DNA from: Candidatus Arthromitus sp. SFB-mouse-Japan
GTDB taxonomy: Bacteria; Bacillota; Clostridia; Clostridiales; Clostridiaceae
DNA length: 32,000 nucleotides
Direction: 5' to 3'
Assembly (NCBI RefSeq): GCF_000270205.1
Contig: NC_015913.1
Coordinates: forward strand, 240,001 to 272,000
Below, piece after piece: positions 1 to 8,826 of this stretch. Numbering within the stretch: position 1 is the stretch's first letter; every line of letters starts with the position of its first letter. The notes under the pieces are model-generated. The model was not told the DNA's origin. It made no database searches and saw only the letters and a program-made list of their open reading frames with translations. The translations under genes were made by a program, and so were the position numbers.

Positions 1-277
1 TATTGTATTCAAAAATGCTTCCAATAATAATTAAAATATCCTTATTATTTGAAAAATCTAAGATTTCTTTGATACCTTCATAGCTTTTTTCGAGAGTAGT
101 TCTTTTTAGGAACATATCAAAACAAGAGTAGGATGTTATTGAGAGCTCTGGGAATACAATGAGTTTTGATTTATCATTTAATGCTTTATTTATGCATTTT
201 TTAATATTTGACACATTGTGAGAAATATCGCATACCTTTGTATTTATACTCGATGCACTAACTCTTAAAAAATTCAT
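1..277 (-). CDS. nadE: Glutamine-dependent NAD+ synthetase, N-terminal carbon-nitrogen hydrolase domain (5' part only; the gene runs off the left edge)
   Basis: Not in the ORF track. Manual minus-strand translation from ATG (complement of 275-277), 6 nt after AGGAGTG (complement of 284-290), gives MNFLRVSASSINTKVCDISHNVSNIKKCINKALNDKSKLIVFPELSITSYSCFDMFLKRTTLEKSYEGIKEILDFSNNKDILIIIGSIFEYN with no stop before position 1. The LIVFPELSITxY pattern matches the N-terminus of clostridial NAD synthases (nitrilase superfamily, catalytic Glu in FPEL). Confidence 0.6.
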   Translation of the reverse strand, partial: MNFLRVSASSINTKVCDISHNVSNIKKCINKALNDKSKLIVFPELSITSYSCFDMFLKRTTLEKSYEGIKEILDFSNNKDILIIIGSIFEYN

Positions 278-361
278 TTAATTCACTCCTTGAAATTAAA
301 ATATATAGTTTTTATACTAAATTGTATAGGGATAAATTTTGTATAGGTCAGGGGTATTTTT

Positions 362-1057
362 GTGGATTTGTTGAAGGAATTTGATATTTTAAAGGTTAAA
401 GAGAAGTTCAGGGAAATTATATTAAGAGAAAGTCAGCATGAATATTTTAAAAGATTGATGAGTGATTTAAAAGATGAATATGAAAATAATACTATTTTCC
501 CTAAAAAGAGTGACGTGTTTAATGCATTTAAATATAGGGATTTTCATGAGATAAAGTGTGTAATAATTGGGCAAGATCCTTACTATAAGAAAAATGAAGC
601 ACATGGATTATCTTTCTCTATTTGTGATAAAGATATAAAAATACCGAGTTCGCTTAGAAATATTTTTAAGGAGCTTGAATATGATTTGGGAATAAGTATA
701 CCATGTCATGGGGATTTAAGTTCGTGGTGTGAAAATGGTGTACTACTTTTAAATTCTGTATTAACTGTACGAGAAGGATTCCCAAATTCTCATAAAGATA
801 TAGGGTGGAGTATATTTACAGATAGTATTATAAAAAATTTATGTAAAAATAGGAGTAATTTAGTTTTTATTTTATGGGGTAATTTTGCTAGGAAAAAAGA
901 AAAATTAATAGATAAAAATAGACATTTAATAATAAAATCATCCCATCCTAGTGGACTTTCAGCTCATAAGGGTTTTTTTACATCAAAACCATTTTCAAAG
1001 ACTAACGATTATTTAAAAGATCACTTAGTAGGTGAAATTGATTGGAAGATAAATTGA
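362..1057 (+). CDS. ung: Uracil-DNA glycosylase, family 1
   Basis: 231 aa with a GTG start. Motifs present: VIIGQDPYY (water-activating loop), GVLLLNSVLTV, and C-terminal SSHPSGLSA (HPS intercalation loop). Confidence 0.9.
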   Translation: MDLLKEFDILKVKEKFREIILRESQHEYFKRLMSDLKDEYENNTIFPKKSDVFNAFKYRDFHEIKCVIIGQDPYYKKNEAHGLSFSICDKDIKIPSSLRNIFKELEYDLGISIPCHGDLSSWCENGVLLLNSVLTVREGFPNSHKDIGWSIFTDSIIKNLCKNRSNLVFILWGNFARKKEKLIDKNRHLIIKSSHPSGLSAHKGFFTSKPFSKTNDYLKDHLVGEIDWKIN

Positions 1058-1125
1058 AATTTAAATTATAGAAAATACTTTTGATGAAATAATATAAAAA
1101 ATATTATTGGGAGATATGATTTTAA

Positions 1126-2187
1126 GTGGAAAATTTATATTTAGAAGTTAATTTATATAATATAGATAAAAATATTGGTATAATTAGGAATATTTTGGGG
1201 AATAAAAAATTTATAGCAGTTGTTAAGGGGGATGCATATGGGCTTGGGATCCATAAAATATGCGATTTTATTAAGGAAAAGGTAGATTTATTTGGTGTTT
1301 CAGATATTGATGAAGCTATAACGCTTTATAATATAGGGATTGAAAATGAAATTTTAATACTAACTCCAATTATTATGAAGGAATATTTTAAAAATCCGCT
1401 AATAGAAAAGTTTACTGTAACTATAGATAATAGGGAAATTTTAGATTTTATACCTAAGGAATTAAATATAAATGCACATATATATGTATGCACTGGGATG
1501 AATAGAAAAGGAATAAAGATTGAAGAATTAAATGAATTTATAAGATATGTAGAAAATAATTATAATAATATAAATATAACTGGTATATATACCCATTTAC
1601 ATAATGCAAAAGATGAAAAATATACATTAAATCAGATAGATATGTTTAAAAATGCTGTTTTAAAATATAAGGGGAAGTATTTAATACATGTTTTAAATTC
1701 AAAGGGATTTATAAATAAAAATATCAGGGAGAGGGCAGATTTTTGCGATGGAATAAGAATTGGAAATTTAATATATGGATATGATGGATCGAGTTTAGGA
1801 ATATCTAAGAGTTTTAACTATTATTCAAAAGTTATATCTTCTTATATGGTTAAAAAGGGCGAATATGTAGGATATGGGAATAAGGTTAAGTTAAAAGATG
1901 ATACAAATGTGTGCATACTTGGTATTGGAAATATACACCATATAGGATTTTATAGAGAATTTAAGAGGAATTTTATATATGATTTATTAAAATTTGTATA
2001 TAGATATTTTGTTAAACCATGTGAGATATATAAAGGGAATACAAGAGTTAAAATACTTGGAAGTAGTAATATGAATTTAACGCTTGTTGATGGAGAAGGG
2101 CTTGAGATAGGTGATTATTTAAAAGTTTGCATATCTCCTATACTCGGAGATAGCTCTATACATAAAAAATATATAATTAAGGAGTGA
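1126..2187 (+). CDS. alr: Alanine racemase-like PLP enzyme (fold-type III)
   Basis: 353 aa with a GTG start, 11 nt after GGGAGA. Motifs present: PLP-Lys AVVKGDAYGLG, TGMNRKG, YTHL, RIGNLIYG and GEYVGYG (catalytic Tyr region). It is shorter than typical Alr and its C-terminal motifs diverge (SNMNL versus CMDQ), so another racemase specificity cannot be excluded. Confidence 0.7.
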   Translation: MENLYLEVNLYNIDKNIGIIRNILGNKKFIAVVKGDAYGLGIHKICDFIKEKVDLFGVSDIDEAITLYNIGIENEILILTPIIMKEYFKNPLIEKFTVTIDNREILDFIPKELNINAHIYVCTGMNRKGIKIEELNEFIRYVENNYNNINITGIYTHLHNAKDEKYTLNQIDMFKNAVLKYKGKYLIHVLNSKGFINKNIRERADFCDGIRIGNLIYGYDGSSLGISKSFNYYSKVISSYMVKKGEYVGYGNKVKLKDDTNVCILGIGNIHHIGFYREFKRNFIYDLLKFVYRYFVKPCEIYKGNTRVKILGSSNMNLTLVDGEGLEIGDYLKVCISPILGDSSIHKKYIIKE

Positions 2188-2807
2188 TTTTTTTGTCTAC
2201 ATATTTGTTTAATAATAAGAGGGACCGAGAAACTAATAAATTGATGGGAGTAGTTATATTTTTAATTTTATCCTTAGTATTTACTATAGTTATTTCTTTA
2301 TCTATTTTTTTAGTTTATTTTGATGATTATATGAGTATACAAAAACAATATTCTATACTTGAAGAAAGACTACAAAGAATAAATGTTGAGAATTATGAGA
2401 GAAATAGTTATTATAATCGTTTAAATGATGAGCTTAATCAAGCTAAGAATGAAGTGAATAAACTAACATTAGAGAAGGATATATCTGATAAAAATATTAA
2501 GTTGGTTGAATATTTTATAAATGCTGTTAATTCTGGAAATTCTAAAGATATTAATAGATTTTTAGACGTTAGTAAGAGTAATCTTTTTACTATACCGAAG
2601 AATTATACATTTCCAACTGGAATGGAACCTGGGAGATTTGTATTGAATGATGATTTAGAAAGTGGAAGTGTTACATATTTTTATACACAGACGGGTCAAC
2701 GAACTGATAAATACGTGTTTAATATGATTTTAAAAAATGATATTTGGTATGTAGAAAATTTTGAGTTAATTGAGTATACATTTGAAAAGGAGTTTTTAGA
2801 GTATTAA
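2184..2807 (+). CDS. Hypothetical membrane-anchored coiled-coil protein
   Basis: One N-terminal TM helix (VVIFLILSLVFTIVISLSIFLVYF), then a heptad-like stretch (QKQYSILEERLQRINVEN...LNQAKNEVNKLTLEKD) and a globular C-terminus. No family recognised. The track start GTG 2184 overlaps both the SD AAGGAG (2179-2184) and the alr stop. The in-frame TTG at 2193, with 8-nt spacing, is the more plausible start. Confidence 0.6.
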   Translation: MIFLSTYLFNNKRDRETNKLMGVVIFLILSLVFTIVISLSIFLVYFDDYMSIQKQYSILEERLQRINVENYERNSYYNRLNDELNQAKNEVNKLTLEKDISDKNIKLVEYFINAVNSGNSKDINRFLDVSKSNLFTIPKNYTFPTGMEPGRFVLNDDLESGSVTYFYTQTGQRTDKYVFNMILKNDIWYVENFELIEYTFEKEFLEY

Positions 2808-2846
2808 AAAAGCGCCATTAAGATTTTTATAATGGCGCTTTTTTGT
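2807..2846 (+). terminator. Rho-independent terminator
   Basis: AGCGCCATTA (2811-2820) pairs perfectly with TAATGGCGCT (2830-2839) across a 9-nt loop. It is flanked by an A-run and followed by TTTTTTG. Confidence 0.8.
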
Positions 2847-2872
2847 TATAATTTTTTGAAGGAGGTAGAGTT

Positions 2873-3706
2873 ATGAGAAAAATTTTTAAATATGAAGCAT
2901 TAGGAAATGATTATATAGTTATTGATCCAAGAAATTTTGATATCCTTATGAGTGAAAAAAATATAATTAAAATTTGTAATAGAAATTTTGGATGTGGATC
3001 TGATGGTATATTGTATGGACCAATTTTTAAGGGTAATGATATATTTTTAAAAATATTTAATCCTGATGGAAGTGAAGCTGAGAAAAGTGGAAATGGAATA
3101 AGAATATTTTCAAAATATTTGAAGGATGAGGGATATGTGAAAGATAGTAGTTTTAGGCTTCAAACAAAGGGAGGAGAAGTTTTAGTTAGATATTTAAATG
3201 ATGATGGAACTTTAATAAAGGTATCTATGGGTAAGGTATCATTTAATTCCAAAGATATTGGAATTACAGGGAATGAGAGGGAAGTTATAAATGAGAATAT
3301 AGAGGTGTTAGATAAGAAGTTTAAGGTAACTTCTTTAACTATTGGAAATCCACATACAGTTTGCATATTTGACAAATTAGATGATGAGAGTATACATAAA
3401 TACGGTCCATATATTGAGAATCATGAAATGTTTATAAATAGAACTAATGTTCAATTTGTTGAGGTATTGGATAGAAATACTATCAAAATAAAGATATATG
3501 AAAGAGGTGCTGGGTATACATTAGCTTCTGGATCAAGTAGTTGTGGGGCCGTTAGTGCTTGTTATAAATTATCTTTAGTGGATTCTGATGTTTTAGTTAA
3601 ATGTGATGGTGGAGATATTAGAGTTGAAATTGATGACAATGGGGAAGTGTCTATGACAGGGAAGGTTTCTAAAGTTTATGATGGTATTCTTAGGATGGAT
3701 TTATGA
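2873..3706 (+). CDS. dapF: Diaminopimelate epimerase-like protein (DapF fold) with Ser at both catalytic Cys positions
   Basis: 277 aa. DapF motifs present: FKYEALGNDYIVID, FNPDGSEAEKSGNGIRIF, IGNPHTV, YERGAGYTLASGSSSCGA. The residue before GNG is Ser72 (AGT, 3086-3088), and the residue in A-x-GS is Ser219 (TCT, 3527-3529). Canonical DapF has Cys73 and Cys217 at these positions. Confidence 0.75.
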   Translation: MRKIFKYEALGNDYIVIDPRNFDILMSEKNIIKICNRNFGCGSDGILYGPIFKGNDIFLKIFNPDGSEAEKSGNGIRIFSKYLKDEGYVKDSSFRLQTKGGEVLVRYLNDDGTLIKVSMGKVSFNSKDIGITGNEREVINENIEVLDKKFKVTSLTIGNPHTVCIFDKLDDESIHKYGPYIENHEMFINRTNVQFVEVLDRNTIKIKIYERGAGYTLASGSSSCGAVSACYKLSLVDSDVLVKCDGGDIRVEIDDNGEVSMTGKVSKVYDGILRMDL

Positions 3707-4428
3707 TGGAGTTTGACTTTTTTGGGAAAACTGTTTTAGTTACAGGATATTTTAGTGACATAGGTTATGGTATATGTGATATGTATTTTAAAAATAATGC
3801 AAGAGTAATATCAACATACAATAGAACTTATATGATAGATAGGATAAATAGTAGTGTAGAATTATTCCATTTAGATTTAGAAGATTTAAATAGTGTATAT
3901 GAATTTATAAATAATCTTAAAGATAAGGGTATAAATAAAATAGATATTCTCGTTAATAATATAGGGGTATATGATATAAATCCGCTTATATTTCAAGATG
4001 ATTATAAGATTATATCTTTAATAAATATAAATTTAACTAATACGATAATTTTGACAAAGTATATTTTAAAGGATTTTATGGGTGAAAATGGTAAGATAAT
4101 AAATATATCTTCAATTTGGGGAAGAGTTGGTGCTTCTTGTGAAATTCCATATTCAGTATCAAAGGGAGGTATTAATTTATTTACAAAGTCATTATCACAG
4201 GAAATGAACTCAAGAAATATAAAGGTTATAGGGATATCTCCTGGTTTTATAAAAACAAAAATGAATAAACATATAAAAGATGATGATATTAAGGAGATTA
4301 TAGGGGAAATTCCACTTGGATTATTTGGCGAAGTTTATCATGTAGTTGATAGTATTAAATTTTTCTCAAGTGACTATTCGAATTTAAGTGGGGAAATTAT
4401 TAATATAGACGGTGGATGGATGTTATAA
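3703..4428 (+). CDS. Short-chain dehydrogenase/reductase (FabG-like SDR)
   Basis: 241 aa. Its start overlaps the dapF-like stop (ATGA). Motifs present: VTGYFSDIGYG (TGxxxGxG with the third Gly replaced by Asp), LVNNIG, NISSIWG, YSVSKGG (YxxxK), PGFIKT, IDGG. Confidence 0.75.
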   Translation: MMEFDFFGKTVLVTGYFSDIGYGICDMYFKNNARVISTYNRTYMIDRINSSVELFHLDLEDLNSVYEFINNLKDKGINKIDILVNNIGVYDINPLIFQDDYKIISLININLTNTIILTKYILKDFMGENGKIINISSIWGRVGASCEIPYSVSKGGINLFTKSLSQEMNSRNIKVIGISPGFIKTKMNKHIKDDDIKEIIGEIPLGLFGEVYHVVDSIKFFSSDYSNLSGEIINIDGGWML

Positions 4429-4505
4429 GGATTATAAAATTATTTTATTTTATATATCTAAATGTTAAAATTATTTTAATAATTTTATAGGAGGATTTAT
4501 AATTA

Positions 4506-5210
4506 ATGAGTGCGTTCACGTTAAAATCGATAGCATTTGTTTTAATGATTTTAGATCATATTTTTTACTACATAGTTGATGTGCCAATATTTTTTACATA
4601 TTTAGGACGTATTGTTGCACCTACATATTTTTATCTTTTGGTTGAGAGTTTTTTTCATACGAGGAATAGAAAGAAATTTACTATAAGATTGTTTGTTGCT
4701 GCATTTATAGTAATGATAATTTTAAATATTATTTTTAAGCAACCTATGAATATATTTTTGTCTATGGCTTTAGGGATTTTGATGTTAGATATAATCGAGT
4801 TCATTAAAAATAATAGAGGAAGCATGTGGAAAACATTATTCTCATGTATTGCTATAATTTTTATAATTATACTATCCTTGTTTACAGAGGGATCATACTT
4901 GGGAATTGGAATGGTTTTGATTTTTTATTTTTTAAGAGATAAGAAGTTTTGGATGATATTGTCTTACATTATATTATCATTAATTGAAATGCCATTTTTG
5001 TTAGCTGTACCTAATTTTATTAAGTATATTTTCATGGTAAATTATCAATGGATGATGGTATTTGCAGTTATACCTATTATGTTATATAACGGTAAGGTTG
5101 GATTAAGAAATAAGTTTTTTAATTATTTTTTTTATATAGCATATCCTATTCATATAATAATCATCTTAATAATTGGGAATACAATTAATCCTAATTGGTA
5201 TTATTTTTAA
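4506..5210 (+). CDS. TraX-family integral membrane protein
   Basis: 234 aa, polytopic and hydrophobic. The N-terminal LKSIAFVLMILDHIFYY resembles the TraX-family signature (LK.IA...M..DHI). Confidence 0.6.
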   Translation: MSAFTLKSIAFVLMILDHIFYYIVDVPIFFTYLGRIVAPTYFYLLVESFFHTRNRKKFTIRLFVAAFIVMIILNIIFKQPMNIFLSMALGILMLDIIEFIKNNRGSMWKTLFSCIAIIFIIILSLFTEGSYLGIGMVLIFYFLRDKKFWMILSYIILSLIEMPFLLAVPNFIKYIFMVNYQWMMVFAVIPIMLYNGKVGLRNKFFNYFFYIAYPIHIIIILIIGNTINPNWYYF

Positions 5211-5239
5211 TTTAAATGTGAGATCTTATGTGATACAAT
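5211..5239 (+). promoter_or_regulatory. Candidate sigma-A promoter with extended -10, for the ATPase gene
   Basis: TTTAAA (5211-5216), a 17-nt spacer, then TGaTACAAT (5231-5239). It lies 50 nt upstream of ATG 5289. Confidence 0.35.
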
Positions 5240-5288
5240 TTATGTAACAATTAAGAGACAAATATATTAAGGAAAGGTTTGTTCAATT

Positions 5289-6551
5289 ATGAAGCAAAGA
5301 TATATCATTAATATGCAAGATATAGATAATCTAGATAATTTACAAATAGAGGTAGCTCCATTTATTATTTTTACAGGTGATAATAATAGCGGGAAGAGTA
5401 CTGTTATGAATGTAGTGTATGGTATTTTTACATTATCTAAAGAAATAATAAAAAATGGAGATAAGGATTCTAAAGAATATTCTATATGTATGGAGTATAT
5501 AAAGAATTTAAAAGAAACTAGAGAAGGATATATAGATAGTGAAGTTGGAAATATTTTTTGTAACTTTTTTAATATGTCTTTGCTTAAAAATAAGGAGGAT
5601 TTTTTTAATAAGATATTCAATGTAAGTATTGAGAACAATTATAAGAGGTTTGAGAATTCCAATATTTTTATATCTAATTATAGAATTTTTCCAAAGGTAT
5701 ATATATCTGTAGATGATTTTTGCGATGAGATTTTAATCGAAGGGGATTATGTAAAAATACCATCCAATTTATTTGAGGATGAGGATTATGTTTTGGAACT
5801 CATATGCAATAAAATAATTGAGGATGGGTTCATGGACACAAATATTTCTAATTCTATTTTTATACCTTCAGGAAGAAGTACTTTTTTATGTTATCATGAT
5901 ATTTTTAGAACTATAAAGTATCAAAATTTAAGTACATCTGATTTTATAGATCGGGTTGAGAACCTTGAATGTATAGAGGATGGGGTATATTCTAGTATAT
6001 ATAATTTTATAGAGAGAGATATAGTTAAAGGTGTTTTTACGAATGATTCTTATAAGTGCAGTTTAAATGGGATAGAGATACCAATTAGCATGGCTTCAGA
6101 TTCTATTAGAGAAATTGCATCTCTTGTGTTATTTTTGAAGTCTAAGGAAAGAATTACTTCATTTTTTATAGAAGAAGTTGAGAGTCATCTTGATTTGAAA
6201 TTGCAAAGAAGTATTGTAAGTGCACTTGTTAGAATTATAAATTCAGGTACAGGTATTTTCATGTCTACAAATAGTAGTATTATATTAGATCAAATATGTA
6301 ACTTTATATTGCTCAATAATTTAAATAGGCATAAAATTGAGGGATTTGGATACATAATAAATGATGTTTTAAACTCAAATGATGTAAGGATATATGAATT
6401 TAATCATAGTGATAATGATAGAGTATTTGTTAATAAACTTAATGTAGATTATAATGGGTTTAAAATTAATATGAGAGAAGAAATACTTGAGGATATATCA
6501 AAAGAGAATCTACAACTCAAATTTGAAATGTTTGATAATAATGGAAGATAG
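5289..6551 (+). CDS. Soluble ABC/AAA_15-AAA_21-type ATPase (no TM or nuclease domain seen)
   Basis: 420 aa. Walker A FTGDNNSGKST (G30-T38, 5376-5402). Signature-like SMASDSIREIASL (aa 267-279). Walker B/D-loop SFFIEEVESHLD (approx 6159-6194; the usual hhhDEPE.HLHP with Asp replaced by Glu). Switch region FMSTNSS (the usual THS with His replaced by Asn). A long insert separates Walker A from the signature, as in SMC/RecF/OLD-like ATPases. Confidence 0.7.
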   Translation: MKQRYIINMQDIDNLDNLQIEVAPFIIFTGDNNSGKSTVMNVVYGIFTLSKEIIKNGDKDSKEYSICMEYIKNLKETREGYIDSEVGNIFCNFFNMSLLKNKEDFFNKIFNVSIENNYKRFENSNIFISNYRIFPKVYISVDDFCDEILIEGDYVKIPSNLFEDEDYVLELICNKIIEDGFMDTNISNSIFIPSGRSTFLCYHDIFRTIKYQNLSTSDFIDRVENLECIEDGVYSSIYNFIERDIVKGVFTNDSYKCSLNGIEIPISMASDSIREIASLVLFLKSKERITSFFIEEVESHLDLKLQRSIVSALVRIINSGTGIFMSTNSSIILDQICNFILLNNLNRHKIEGFGYIINDVLNSNDVRIYEFNHSDNDRVFVNKLNVDYNGFKINMREEILEDISKENLQLKFEMFDNNGR

Positions 6552-6591
6552 GGCTATCTATTAATAGATAGCCCTATCTTTTAATTTTTTT
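6545..6591 (+). terminator. Rho-independent terminator, perfect 16-bp stem
   Basis: AAGATAGGGCTATCTA (6545-6560) pairs perfectly with TAGATAGCCCTATCTT (6565-6580) across a TTAA loop, followed by TTAATTTTTTT. The ATPase stop codon (6549-6551) lies inside the stem. Confidence 0.85.
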
Positions 6592-6608
6592 AATTAAATA
6601 TTAAATAA

Positions 6609-6637
6609 TAGAAAAAATAATTAATATATGGTAAAAT
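6609..6637 (+). promoter_or_regulatory. Candidate sigma-A promoter with extended -10, for the 712-aa gene
   Basis: TAGAAA (6609-6614), a 17-nt spacer, then TGgTAAAAT (6629-6637). It lies 40 nt upstream of ATG 6677, and GGAG sits 10 nt before the start. Confidence 0.35.
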
Positions 6638-6676
6638 TTATTAACAATGATAATAGAATTGTGGAGATAAATTACT

Positions 6677-8815
6677 ATGGGAAAGTATAATTTGAAATTA
6701 TTTAATAGTGATATAAAGAGTTGTAGAGTTTCAAATAGTGACATTAAGAGTGAAGATATTACGGTATTACATCCTTTTATTCAGATCAAACAAAATAATA
6801 TTTGTATTTCATATAAAGAATATGATTTGAAAATGTGTGGCTTTTTATATATAGATAAGATTGAAATATATAAAGGTTCTTATTTTATTTGTGGTAGGGA
6901 CAATATTTCAAATTATTATACTGAATTTCCATATTTTTCGTCAGACGGTATATATGAAATAAGAACTATGTTTTCGAATCATGATAATACAGTTAGTAGA
7001 TGTGTTATTAGTTCTTTTGAGTTTTTTGGATTTAAGAGAGAGATTGAATGTGATAATCTTAATTTAAATTTAATTCATCAAGGTAAAAATTTAAATATAA
7101 GTTTACCTAAAAGAATTGGTCACATTGATTTATCAAATATAGTTTTGCCAGATGTACATATTTTTGATTCGAATGATCTAGAGATTAAAAATTTTGTTTC
7201 TAAATTACAGGTAAAAAATAATGAGATTGAGATTTTAATTTTGGATGTATTTAATGTCAATAATGTAAACAGGCTTGTACCAAATGAGGTTTATACTTTT
7301 AAAATAAGTACTATTGGGGGAGAAATATATTCCTCCTTTTCTTTTGAATATGAAAATTTAAATGTAGAATTATTTAATTTTGTAGAAGATATTTATTTTG
7401 AGGTGTTATCAAAGGGAAAATTTGGATTATTAGCTCTTAAGGTATTTATTAAACTAAGTAATTTAATCGATATAGATAATTATGAATATATGATATGTAA
7501 TGTGTGGGGTAAGTTTCTGTATTTTAAGTCGTCAGATGGGGAAAGAAATGATACTTTAGTATTTGAATGCTTGATTAAAGAGGAGAAGGGATACTTTGAA
7601 TTAAATATATTTAATGGAAGTAAGTTAAATAAAATAATTTTTAATTATGATTTTTCTAGTGAGGAAAATTATTTCATAAGTGAGAGAAGATGTGGACATG
7701 TCGAGTATATAGAGAAGGATAAGAATAAGTATGATTTTTTATTTAAAAGTGAATGTGATTATTTAGATGGAGCACCTAAGTTTTTTAAGTTTCAAAATAT
7801 TGGGGAAGAGCCAACAAATAATTATATAGAAGGAGTTAAATTAAATGATTGCGAATTTTTATTTAAAGAGATTAATTTTTTAAATAAGTTTAGCGAGGTT
7901 TACGTTTTAGATTTTGGAGGATCTATAGCTCAGTTATTTGTTATATCTAATTCTATAGGTATTAAATTTATGAGATTCGATTGTGTGTGTAGGTTTGATA
8001 ATACAAAGATATTTTTAGATATACTTAATGATAATTTTATTCATGGTAAAGGGCTATTTAAAAACGGGCGAGAAGAGGTATTTGATATACAACATGGGAG
8101 TGTTGAACTTAGAGTACATAATAAACTGGATAACCAATTTATATATCTTAAGTGTTACGATAAAGATAATAAAGTTTATCGTTCAACGTTAAGTTTTTAC
8201 AATAATGAGAGAAAGGCCTTTATAAATAATTCAATTATTGAGAATGCTTATTTAAGTTCATCAAATGAATTGTTCATTATGAGTAAGAGTTTATTTAACG
8301 ATTTTAAAAGTGATTTTGATGCTATGATCATCTCAAAAAATGGTGAGATAATAAGCTCTGTAAATATAAGTGGTGATGAGAATTTCAAGATATGTTTTAA
8401 GGACATAAATATAAGGAAAAGTGATTTATATTATTTGAGAGTAAAAGGTGGCGATAGGTTTAAGGTTTATTCTATGTTTATAAAACCTTTAATTCCTAAA
8501 TGGAGTATTTATGTAGGCGATTTAAATAATAAAGGTATGGATCTTTTTGTGACTAGCTTTTCGGAAGAGTTTACACTAAGTATGAGTTTATTTATTATTT
8601 TTTATGGAAAGAGATATATGATTATAGAAGGAAATTGTACTTTTTATTCCTGTAGTTTTAAAGAGAAGTTTCTTCACAAATTTTTAGTTAAGGGTAATGA
8701 GTATTTGTTTTGTTTCAAATTGGGTAAAGATAGATATTATGATGTACATTTTACATATTTAGGAGATGATGGGGAGGAGTATATTTACGATCTTAATCAT
8801 GAAATTGATATATAA
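6677..8815 (+). CDS. Hypothetical 712-aa protein; no signal peptide, no TM helix, no recognisable catalytic motif
   Basis: Long uninterrupted ORF with its own SD. The composition is beta-strand-like (alternating hydrophobic/polar residues, rich in Y/F/N). I recognise no family. Confidence 0.7.
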   Translation: MGKYNLKLFNSDIKSCRVSNSDIKSEDITVLHPFIQIKQNNICISYKEYDLKMCGFLYIDKIEIYKGSYFICGRDNISNYYTEFPYFSSDGIYEIRTMFSNHDNTVSRCVISSFEFFGFKREIECDNLNLNLIHQGKNLNISLPKRIGHIDLSNIVLPDVHIFDSNDLEIKNFVSKLQVKNNEIEILILDVFNVNNVNRLVPNEVYTFKISTIGGEIYSSFSFEYENLNVELFNFVEDIYFEVLSKGKFGLLALKVFIKLSNLIDIDNYEYMICNVWGKFLYFKSSDGERNDTLVFECLIKEEKGYFELNIFNGSKLNKIIFNYDFSSEENYFISERRCGHVEYIEKDKNKYDFLFKSECDYLDGAPKFFKFQNIGEEPTNNYIEGVKLNDCEFLFKEINFLNKFSEVYVLDFGGSIAQLFVISNSIGIKFMRFDCVCRFDNTKIFLDILNDNFIHGKGLFKNGREEVFDIQHGSVELRVHNKLDNQFIYLKCYDKDNKVYRSTLSFYNNERKAFINNSIIENAYLSSSNELFIMSKSLFNDFKSDFDAMIISKNGEIISSVNISGDENFKICFKDINIRKSDLYYLRVKGGDRFKVYSMFIKPLIPKWSIYVGDLNNKGMDLFVTSFSEEFTLSMSLFIIFYGKRYMIIEGNCTFYSCSFKEKFLHKFLVKGNEYLFCFKLGKDRYYDVHFTYLGDDGEEYIYDLNHEIDI
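6704..6751 (+). repeat. Two copies of an 18-nt unit (16/18 identical), 12 nt apart, at the 5' end of the 712-aa gene
   Basis: AATAGTGATATAAAGAGT (6704-6721) and AATAGTGACATTAAGAGT (6734-6751). Both encode NSDIKS. Confidence 0.6.
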
Positions 8816-8826
8816 TTTTAAAAAGC

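Noticed and set aside
2808-2872. Lysine riboswitch upstream of the dapF-like gene
   Set aside because: The spacer is 65 nt and is mostly occupied by the upstream terminator and the SD. There is no room for an L-box.
3160-3375. 71-aa antisense ORF inside the dapF-like gene
   Set aside because: It is embedded in a gene with strong family motifs on the other strand. It has no SD and its sequence is low-complexity.
4435-4478. 13-bp direct repeat TAAAATTATTTTA (4435-4447 and 4466-4478) upstream of the TraX gene
   Set aside because: It is composed only of A and T in a ~90% AT spacer. That is plausible by chance, and it does not sit in a clear promoter or operator arrangement.
4506-5210. TraX gene as a marker of a conjugative or mobile element
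   Set aside because: No other transfer, relaxase, T4SS, integrase or repeat-boundary features lie nearby. To my knowledge, TraX-family membrane proteins are also common as stand-alone chromosomal genes in Clostridia.
5267-5638. 123-aa ORF antisense to the 5' end of the ATPase gene
   Set aside because: It lies almost entirely within the sense ORF that carries the clear Walker A motif. Its translation is low-complexity (Leu/Ser/Ile/Phe), typical of the mirror frame of AT-rich coding DNA, and it has no SD.
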